Virus record (IMG/VR): IMGVR_UViG_3300046008_000291
Coordinates: 113,659 to 177,658 of that record
From: a virus
Reading direction: 5' to 3' (one strand)
Length of the DNA stretch: 64,000 nt
Position 1 is the stretch's first letter; each line of letters begins with the position of its first letter. The translations under genes and the position numbers were made by a program. Under the pieces are notes generated by a model, which worked only from the letters and a program-made list of their open reading frames with translations, was not told where the DNA came from and ran no database searches. This document shows positions 1 through 12,000 of the stretch, piece by piece.

Positions 1-1
1 T

Positions 2-3000
2 GCAGATGGTCCAAACGCTGTTGATGTTAACACCAGCGGAGTTGATTTAGAAAAAACCTATAATGTTGTTCGTAATGTAAGTTCGTCTCGTTACGAGTTT
101 ACATCTACTAGCCCGACAAAAAATACTCTTACTCTAGCACGTGGTGGCCGATACACATTTGAAGTTGATCAATTGGGTAATCAATTCTGGATACAAACTG
201 AATTAGGTGTAGATGGTCTAGTAAATGCAACTCCGACAGTTAGTACACGTGATGTATTCGGAGTTATTAACAACGGTGCAGACTCGGGTACAATTACATT
301 TAATGTGCCGCAGGCAAGTGCCCAAGACAGATATGTGTTAATGAATGTAGTGGCCAACGTAGAGTACGCAGTGCCTCTTGCCTATGCTGATATACAAAAT
401 CATACTGTTAGTCAATTCCTTGCTGCGTTTCCAGGCTATGCAGGTGTTGCTACTCAACTCAACGGTAAAACTGCAATATTCATTGATCAAAATTTATTAA
501 CAAACCGTGGTGAAGAAGCATGGACTGTACCTAATGTTTACGATGGCAACGGTGATATTGTGTCTGGCTATAATGCCGGCGAGGTAATACCCGAGGCACA
601 ACGTTACGGAGTTTGGCGTGTACAATTTGCAGACAGTGGTGATATCAACGATCCATTAATTCGATTGGCCTGTGTACAAGATGTACAAATCAACGAAAAG
701 GTCTATATCAGATCTGGTGTAGTTAATGCCAATAAAGAATTCTTTAAAGATTATGATGGATTTTTTCATGTTGTTCCTGTGATATCAAGTATACAAGATA
801 CTTTGTACTTTCAAGATGGTAACAATCCGTCTATCTATGGTACAATTAAACTAGTTGATATCGCTGGCTGGTCTATAGATGTTGAAAATGATATTTTAGG
901 AAAAACTACATACACCAGTCCCAATGGAGTGGTATTTACTAGCGGATTGAAAATAAGATTTGGTACTGATGCTATCCCAGCAACATATCAGGATAAGGAA
1001 TATTATGTAGAAGGAGTAGGGTCTGCTACAGGCATACAATTAGTTGATACAACATTATTAGTTACACCTGAACCCTACAATGATGAGATTATCACTAATT
1101 ATCCATTGAATAGAATTAGTTTAAGTGCAGTTACTACAGATGTAATCCCTGCAGGTACTGTTATTAACATTGGCACTATTGAAGTTGAAGTATATTATGA
1201 AGTTACAGTTGGATCTTTGTACATTGTTACATTGAGCGATGTATCTTCAATAGTAAATGGATCGGCTATAACTGGAACAGGCATTGCCAGCGGAACATCA
1301 GTAATCAATACACGTCGAGACACTGTGTATCCAGAATATATTACCATTAACAGAGCTAGTGTAGATTTAAATGCATGGTCGAGAAATAATCGATGGTTCC
1401 ATCGAGATATAATCACTGCCACTGCTACCTATAACAATGAACAATATATATTTGACCAAGACCTTCGCGCACGTCGTCCAATTGTACAGTTTGAATCAGA
1501 CCTGCAATTGTTCAATTACGGCAGGATTGGAAAAGCACCAGTTGATATATTAGATACTACAACACAAGATGCATTTAATAATTTGAATGGACAGGTATTT
1601 TCTGTAGCGTTTGGAGTCACATTATTTGATGGCATGCGAGTTATATTTGCCAACGATGTTGATCCGTTGGTTCGTAATAAAATTTTTGTACTTAATTTAG
1701 TGCAAACTGCAATTGATGGTGAAGGATTATTAACTGGGCCCAAATATATAAATTTAAATCCAGCTGCCGATGGTGCAGTTGAAACTTACGATTCTGTAGT
1801 TATAACTGATGGTGTTTACAAAGGCACTCAGTGGTGGTACAATGGTGATACTTGGATAGCTAGTCAGCAAAAAACTAGCCTACAACAAGATCCGTTATTT
1901 GACATGTACGATAGTGCTGAACAGAGTTTTTCGCTTTATCCGTTGAGTACGTTTACCGGCACACGATTATTTGGCTACAACAGATCAAGTACCGGCACTA
2001 TTTCTGATTCAGTATTGGCCTTTCCGCTGACTTACACATCATTCCAAACTCAGGGAAATATTGAATTCATCAATTACTTTGATACTGATACGTTTAGTTA
2101 TGTAGCTAATCAAACTCAACTTACTGAACGAATTGCCACAGGGTTCCTACATCAAATAGTAGATAGATACACATCACTACCAAAAAATAATTGGAATACA
2201 GTTACTGAAAAAAATAATCAATATCAATTGATTACCTATGTATACGATGGTATTAATAGTCCATTTAAAATTGATGTCACTGTACCAGATGCAGTTACGA
2301 TACCATATGTTAAAGTTTATAAAAATAATGTATTCTTAAAAACATCTCAATGGACTTTAACAAATGGAGCATTGACATTATCCACTGCACCTACTATAGG
2401 TGATAAGATCGACATTCTAGTCTATAGTAATGAAGTAAGTGCGCTTGGGCAATACCAGATACCAAAAAATCTAGAGCTCAATGCACAAAATACTGATTTA
2501 TCAACATTGACATTGGGTCAAATCAGAAATCACCTAGTGGAACTAAGTCAAAATAGTACAGAGTTAGTGGGTGATGTACTCAGTGATAGTAATCTTAGAG
2601 ATATTGAGATTAAATCACAAGGCGGCACCATATTACAACACAGTGCACCTTTATCGAATGCAGCATTATTTTTAGTAAATGACAGCACAAACTTTATTGA
2701 CGCCGTTCGTTACGCACAGCAAGAATATGCTAGATTTAAAAATAAATTTTTAGAGTTAAGTGTAACTTTGTCTGGCATACAACCGACTGATCCTGTGGCC
2801 AGTGTTGATTTAATCATAACCGAAATTAATAAGATTAAAAACAGTACGTTCCCTTGGTATTACAGTGACATGATACCGTATGGTACATTAAAAAATATTG
2901 TCAATGGCGTGGGCTATACAATATTTGACCCATTGGTTCGTTCATATGAAATTACTACAACATTCGATGCCCGTGCATTAAGTAATAAAGCAGTACTTGT

Positions 3001-6000
3001 TTATTTAAATGATGTACAGTTAATAATAGATATAGATTATACATTTGATACAGATCGTCCAGCAATAACGTTTACCGACACTGTTACTTTGGAAGTTGAT
3101 GACAATGTTAAAATTGTAGAATATGCAGATACTAATGGATCTTATGTACCAGAAACTCCAACTAAGTTAGGGTTATATCCTAAATTTATTCCTGAGATCT
3201 TTTTAGACGATACCTATCGTACATCCATTAATGTTATTCGCGGCCACGACGGTAGCATAACACCAGCATTTGATGATTATAGAGATGAATTTTTATTAGA
3301 GTTAGAAAAACGTATATACAATAACATCACGCTGCGTGATATCGGTAGCTATCAAGACATTTATAACGTAATGCCGGGTAAATTTAGAAATAATGATTAT
3401 TCGATAAATGAAATAAATCAATTAACGTCTAAGAATTTCCTTATATGGATAGGCAATAATAAAATTGATTTCACAGTCAACGACACATTTGACAGCAATG
3501 ATCCCTTTACATGGAATTACAGCCGTTTTGTGGATCGAATTGATAGTGAAGCATTACCAGGTAGTTGGAGAGCATGCTATCAATATTTCTATGATACATT
3601 ACGTCCGCATTTAACTCCGTGGGAGATGTTGGGTTTCTCTACCATGCCATCATGGTGGGTAGAAGAATACGGTCCTGCACCTTATACTGGCGGCAATAAA
3701 TTACTATGGGACGACCTAGAAGCTGGATTGATTAAACAAGGTACTCGCGCAGGTATAGATACAACCTTTGCACGCCCTGGATTGTCAGAAGTTATACCAG
3801 TTGATGCAAACGGATTTTTATTAAGTCCGGCAGCAATAATGACTGCATCATTTAATGCTACTCATGCGGCAACTGCATGGGCAGTAGGACAACAGGGACC
3901 GGTCGAAACAGCGTGGCGCCACAGCAGTGACTTTGCGTTTGCTGTACAACAAGCACTGGCATTGGCTAAACCAGCCAAGTATTTTAGTCTATTAATGGAT
4001 GTGTCACGTTATTCAAAAAATACTATGTTGGAGCAATATGTAACTGATACCAATGATCACATTAAACAAACATCACTGACATTCAATGGTGACACATCAG
4101 CTGGCACTGTGGTTAGAACCGCCGGTTATATAAACTGGATTGCTGACTTTTTAATACATCAAGGTGTAGATCCTGCTACTGTTATTACTCCGCTGATATC
4201 ACATTATCAAATTAATCTTGCATATAAACTGGCCGGATTTAGTGATCAAAAATATCTACAAATTTTAGCAGAACAAAGTTCACCGACCAGTACAAATGAT
4301 AGTATTATTGTACCAAATGAAAATTATAATGTACATTTGTATAAATCGACGCCTGTTGACAAACTAGTCTACAGTGGTGTGATTATTGAAAAGACCACAA
4401 ATGGCTATAGTGTACGTGGGTATAATTTAGCTAACCCGTACTTTACTATTATTCCAAGTGTGATAAATTCAAATGCATACAAAATTACTGTATTAACTAA
4501 TTCAGTAACAGTGTTTAAAGATTATCAAAACTTAAAATTAACCGTACCTTATGGGTATGAGTTTAATAGCCAACAACAAATAGCTGATTTCTTAATTAGC
4601 TACGAAAGATATTTAATGGCGCAGGGTTTTACCTTCAATGACACAGATGAACAACTAGGCGAAACACGCAACTGGAAACTATCAACTAAAGAATTCTTAT
4701 TCTGGGCACAGCAAGGTTGGGCACCGGGCAGTATCTTAGTATTATCACCGGTGGCTAACACAATAAATGCAGTTACAGTTGGTGCAATCACTGATGCAAT
4801 TACTGATAGTCAGCATGGTTCAAAAGTATTAGATCAAAATTTTGCCTTGGTTAAAACTACAAATTACAATGTGTTACGTAGCCCAACTGCATTTAAATTA
4901 ACATTGACCAATGATGCAGTTATTGGCTATATTGAATTAAATCTAGTACAATACGAGCATGTGTTAATTTTTGATAACACCACAGTGTTTAATGATATCA
5001 TTTACAAACCTGAACTTGGTAATAGACAATACAGGTTAAAATTGATTGGACAAAAAACCGCAGACTGGGATGGCAGTTTAAGTGCGCCAGGCTTCATCTA
5101 CAATTCTGGCAACATAGATGCGTGGTCCAGTAATAAAGATTATTTAAAAGGTGACCTAGTACAATATAAAAATCAATATTATGTTGCATTGAATAATGTT
5201 ACTCAAACAACTAATGCTGAATTTGCCTTTGCTTATTGGAAACAAATTGCCGCAAGTGAAATTAAAAAAGGGCTATTGCCAAACTTTGCCACCATTGCTG
5301 CTAAATCTCAGGTATATTATGATTCATATACAAATTTTAAAGATGCGGATCAAATCAACTACAGCCATGGATTAATTGGATTTAAAACACGTCAATATCT
5401 GTCAGATCTTGGTTTAAGTGATACGACACAAATTGAATTATACAAAGGATTCATTAAACAAAAAGGTTCTGCTAATGCAATTAATCAATTGACCAGTGCA
5501 GAATTTAATAATTTAAGCAGTGCCATAAATTTCTATGAAGAATGGGCAATACGTGTGGGCGAATATGGTGCATTAGATACAAACCCATACGTGGAAATTG
5601 CACTCGATGAAAAAGCATTTTCAGTTAATCCTGCAACTGCTACATTTGTAACTGATTCCAGCAGTGACGGTGTAACTACATTTAACAAATCACAATTATA
5701 TAAATCAACCGAGCAGTATAACGGAATTATTGCATTAGATAGAGATGCACAAAGTGATTACAATAACGATATCACTACTGCTGGATATGTAAATATCGAT
5801 GATGTTGATACTACTATATTTGATCTAGCCAACTTCACTGATTTGAACAATCAATTATCTGCAATCGGTACTGGCTATACTATATGGTGTGCAAAAGACT
5901 TTTCGCAAAACTGGAATGTATATCGAGTAACAGAAACTGATAATACAGTTACATCAGTGGCTAACTCGTTAGATGGATATGTAACATTTACCACCACTAA

Positions 6001-9000
6001 TCCTCATGGATTGGTTGCTGGCGACATATTTTTAGTTCGTAGTTTTGCCACTGAGTTCGACGGCTTCTATCAAGTCGACAGTGTAATAGACCTTGATAAC
6101 ATATTAGTCAGATACGCAGGTGACACTTCACAACTAACTACCTTAGATGGCGACGGCATGTTGTTTATTCTAGACAGTGTACGTTTTAACTACATGGAAA
6201 CTGCACGTTTATATACGCCGCCGCATCAATGGAAAGTCGGTGAAAAGATTTGGATCGATGAAGATGCGGAAACTAATGCTGTACAAGGCCAGCCATTTGG
6301 TACGCAACCAAGCGGTACATGGAAAGTATACGAAAAAACACACCCATGGGAAATGGATCAACGTCTAGTTAAAACCAATGATATGTACATTACATTTAGT
6401 AATGTGGCACTGGCCAATGCAACTAGTACATTAACCATTGGCGGAAATGCTGTGACTAATATCACAACTATTACAGGTAATGCAGTGGGCATTATATCAA
6501 ATTTCCTTACTAGTAGTAATGCATCTAATGTAAGCACAAGTCAGATAGTTAGTACTAATAATATATTTCCAGCAAACACTACAGTATCTTCATTAACAAC
6601 TAATAATGAATATTCTGCAAACATAGGCTACGGTCAAGCATTAAAAATGATTGACAACATCGAGCAAACTATTTTTGTCGGTACCACTTTGTATGCAAAC
6701 TTATCTGTTTCTACTAACACAGGTGCAGTAAATGTATTTGATAAAAATACTTCAAATGTCTATACTGAATCGACAACTATAACACCTGATGGTGCAAATA
6801 CATTTACTTACGGTTCGCACATTGATACAGCAGTTGATCCGTTCATTGATGATGGAGTTGCCGGAAGAGAAACGTTAGCAGTTAACGCACCAACAAGTTC
6901 TGGTGCCGGCGGCGCCGCTAATGTTGGTTTAATCTATACCTATAATAAACTTGAAGGCGAAACTGTATGGAATAGAGGACAGGTTATTACAGGCAATGTT
7001 AGTGCTGTCGATGGACAGTTTGGCTATGGCTTTGCGTTTGATGAGTTAGGCCACTGGTTGTATGTTGGCGCTCCGTACGAAGCAACTCCAAAAGTGTATG
7101 TATATGGCTTACAACGCTTTGTAACTAAAGCTACGGGAAATGTTACTACATCTGGTTCTGTATCTACAATAACAGTACCATTTACACCCGAAGTTACTAA
7201 TGATGCAAATGCACTAGTTGTGACTAGCTCAACACGTACATACATTCCAAATATTGATTACACATTATCTGGCACAACTATAACATTTATATCTGGAAAT
7301 GTTAATGGTACACTAACAATTTCACAAGGTCCGTACTACACATTAGTTAAAACTATTAACGGACCGGCGGGCAGTGAATTTGGTTTTTGTATTGATGCTA
7401 GTTTAAACGGTGCACAACTTGGTGTTGGCGCACCAGCTGACAGTGTAATTGGCTCTAGTGGCGACTTGCTCGATGAAGCCGGCGCAGTATACGCATACGA
7501 TCGTGTTATCGAAGCATTTACCAGTACAACTGGTACAGTGTATACCACAGTAGAAACAATTGCACCTGTGTATAAAGTAACTGTTGACGGAATTGAATTG
7601 CCTCGCAGCGAATATACTGCAACCCCGGGAACTAATACAGTTACATTAAATGTTCCATTAGGTGTTGGTAAAGTTGTCAATGTTGAAACAAATGAATTTA
7701 CTCTATTAGAAAGATTGATTGGCATTGACAGTTTAGATGGTAGTCTAAATGCTATTCAAGAAGGTGCACGATTTGGTACAGCCCTGACTATCTGTTCAAA
7801 CAACTGCGCATTCTATATTGGTGCTCCTTATTATAATGCCGGTACAATTTACAATACTGGTGCAGTATGGAAATTCCATAACAGAGGAACCTTGTACGGT
7901 ACTAACACAGGCTATACACAAAATCCAACGTTTACTCCAGGCAATACAATTCGACTAGATAACTTCCAAATTACTGTGACTGGTACAAGTTTAGATAGTT
8001 TAATCGAAGATATTAATGATGCTAACCTATTAGGTATCACCGCAGTTAATGAAAATGGATACTTAAGATTAGACAGTGATAAAACTGTAGCTAAAAATCG
8101 CTTACGTGTCTTATCAGGCAGTGGTACAGTGTATGAAGATGCAGGCTTGGCTATATTTGCGTTCATGCAGATTATTGTTAACCCATATCGTAGTAACAAT
8201 GAATATTTTGGTACTAAAGTTATCTTGGCTCGCAATGCATACATGCTGGTTATTAGTAGTGAACGTGGAACAACAAAACATTATGCTACATTTGATGCGC
8301 ATACAGACTTATTATATCCTAACGCACCTGAATATATTATTGACACTGACCCAACCAGTCTAACCTATAACGAATTAATAGTAAATCCAGAACAATATCT
8401 ATTAGATTCAACTAGCACACTGCACAATATTAACACAACACTCGATGATGATTCTACAGCACTATTAGACGAAGTTAAAGCAAGTGGTAGTGTTTACACA
8501 TATGAATTATATGATGACCCACGTGACCATGTTGAGAATCCAGGACGTTATGCATTCTGTCAACAACTCGATCCAACAGATTTAAACTCAGGCGACGGAT
8601 TTGGCGCGGCATTTGATGTAATCGGTGGACATATTGTAGTAAGTGCACCAACTGATGATACTACTATAGAAAATGGTGGCAGTATCTACTTGTTTAACAA
8701 TCCGACTGGTCGTCGTGGTTGGAGTTTAATTAGATATCAAGAGCCACGTGTAGACATCGAATCAGTTACTAGAATGTATCTATACAGTAATTTAACAAAT
8801 ACTATTTTAACATCATTGGAATTCATTGATCCTGCCAAAGGCAAAATCCTCGGTCGTGCAGATCAGGAAATATCATACAAAACTGGCTATGATCCGGCAA
8901 TATACAATCGCGGAACAAACACCGCAGTTAGCCTAAACGATAATATATTCTGGAGTACTACTCAAGTTGGTGAAGTGTGGTGGAATCTAAGTCAACTTAG

Positions 9001-12000
9001 TTACATAGATTATGAGCAAGATACATTAACATATCGCAGTATTAATTGGGGTAATTTATTCCCTGGATCAACTGTGGAAGTGTTAGAGTGGGTAGAAAGT
9101 ATATATCTACCTAGTGCTTATGTTGCCAACGGTGGTGATGGCGTGCCTAAATATGCCGATGATAGTGCTTATGTTGAACTTGTTTATGTTGATCAAGTTA
9201 CTAACATTATTAGTATTAAATATTTCTACTGGGTCAAAGATAAAACAACTGTTGATCCAACTAACGAAACTAGACAATTGACCACAACATCAATACAGGA
9301 TATAATACAAAATCCAAAAAATCAAGGCATTCCGTATGCGGCAGTTATACAGAATAATTCAGTTGTTGTATATAATGTAGCTGATTATCTGTCTGCGCAA
9401 ACTACTATATTGCACCTTGACTATAATACAGTTAAGAATACTAATATTATTCATAGTGAATATGAACTAGTACAAAAAGGAAATGCAGATAGTATAATAT
9501 CTCCTAAGATTATTAATAAATTAATTGATAGTCTGGCTGGTATCGATATACTGGGTGCAGAGGTGCCTGACCCAACACTAAGCGTTGCTGATAAATTTGG
9601 CTTAGGCACAAGACCACGTCAGGCTATATTTGCTGACAGAATTGCTGCCTATGCTAACTTAGTAGAATATGCTAACAGTATTTTGATAACTAAACCGATT
9701 ACAAGAAACTGTGACCTAACTACTATTAGTTCAGCTGAAGCAGAGCCTAGTTTTAAATTGGGAGAGTACGATTTAAAAATTGAAACAGAAATAGAATTAG
9801 ATTATCTCGATGTGGCATTATTAACCGCAGGATACAAAGTTTTAGTAAATCAAGATACTACCCAGGATAATTTATGGGTATTATATGAATTGTCTGCGGA
9901 TAAAACTTGGACCGCTATTAGAACACAAAGTTACAAAACCGACTTGTATTGGGATTATGTTGATTGGTATGCGCCCGGTTATGGTACAGATACTCAACTT
10001 GAATATGTAGTTGACACATTAACTGATGCATTAAAATTACCAGTAGCAGTCGGCGATGATGTTTTAGTCAGAGTTGCCAACGGAGTCAATCGCGGATGGA
10101 ATTTACTTGTTCTCAATGGCAATAATCAATTTGATGTAGTCGGTATACAAGACGGAACTATTCAATTAAAAACATCAAATGGTAATTTTGTTAACAATAA
10201 AACCCCAACTACTGAAATTCGTTATATAATTACTGCACTTAAAGATGATATTTTTGTTGGCGAGTTAGACACAGAATTTAATAAATTATTCTTTGTAATG
10301 ATTAACTATCTATTCAATGAACAAAAATATGTTGACTGGATATTTAAAACTAGTTTTATTAGTGTATCGCATAAATTGCGTTCACTATTACAATATCCTA
10401 ATTATATTAAAGATAATCAAACGTATTATGAAAGTTATATTACTGAGGTTAAACCGTATTCAACTAAAATACGTGAATACTCTATTAACTATGACAGTAC
10501 TGATGAATTTGCAGGCAGTGTAACTGACTTCGATCTATCTCCATATTACGATACGGATACTAAAATATTCCGTAGCCCTAGTGGTGAAGATGTAATCAAA
10601 GACGAGGCTCTATGGCAAACTGACACATACAATCAATGGTATGCAAATAGAAATCATCGTGTTGAAAGTATCGTAGTAGAATACGGTGGAAGTGGCTACA
10701 CATCAGAACCGATAGTTACTATTGTCGATGGTGGACTTGCAGCCACAGGCGCAACTGCCCGTGCAATTATTGATTTTGACTCAGGCGCAGTAACTAGCAT
10801 TGAACTTTTAACATCTGGCAGTGGATATTATATAACACCGACCGTGATTATTAATGGTGGATGCACTATACCTGCAACTGCGTATGCAATACTTAAAAAC
10901 AAACAAGTTAGAAGTGTTAATACAACATTAAAATTTGATAGAGTTAGTTACACTAGTTCTGTGCAGGAATGGGCCGCTAACACTGCTTATACTGCTGGTG
11001 ATATTGTAACTCATGTGGGTTCACTGGCCGGTGCTGTTCGTCATGCATTTATAGTAAATGCAAACATAACATCGGGATCTACGTTTGTACACACTGAGGA
11101 TTATACACGATACAGTTCGGCTAATTTTACCAATGCAAATGATCGTATTGTAGGATACTACGAACCAACTGCTGCCATGCCTGCAATCGAAACGATTAAT
11201 AAAGATATTACAATCGCGGCCTCTGTCACAAACTCCAATGTATTATTTGTAACAGCCACTCCTGGATTGCATAAAAATATGACTATTAGCAGTAATTCTG
11301 CTAATGCAACAATAATCACTGAAGCAGTATCTGGAATATTATTATTAAGTGGTAATATCTCTGCCAACGTCGGTGATTATTTAACTCAAACCAGGGTATC
11401 AAACATATATAATGTTACTAGCAATGTTGCTACATCATATTGGGCAAATGTATTTGTAACAGCTAATGTACAGATCCTCACAACTCTGCCTGCAATATTT
11501 GGAAATATAACCAATGCATATCGTGTAGGCGCATACTTAACTGAGCATGAGTTTAATTTAACCGATGTTATTAGTATTGTTGATAATTCAACAATCACAA
11601 CTACTAGCGTTTACCCACAGGCAACTAATCTGACAGCATTAAAATTAGAACGCCCCCAAACACAAACTCAGGGCAATGTTCTAATTGCATCTTATAGAAA
11701 TATGGGGCAATTACTACGCGGCATTGATTATCCGGGGGTACAAGTACAAGGAATCGAATTTAATCAAGCTCCGGAATTTGATGGAGCAACACCATTTGAT
11801 AACGGCTTGTTTGATAATATTCAATACGATGTTGACGGCTTGCCTATGCTAGATGATGCTGCTGTTGACACAATTATACAGAGTAACTATACCGATTTAG
11901 CTCTTGGTACACGTGCTGAAGATATCGATGTTGTCGGTGGTGCGTATGTTGATGCATACAGTTCACATGCTCCAGAAGAAATGGTTCCTGGTATTGTATT

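Noticed and set aside
173-175. TTG start of the 4312-aa ORF
   Set aside because: The frame is open back to base 2 with a plausible protein sequence; the gene starts upstream of the window.
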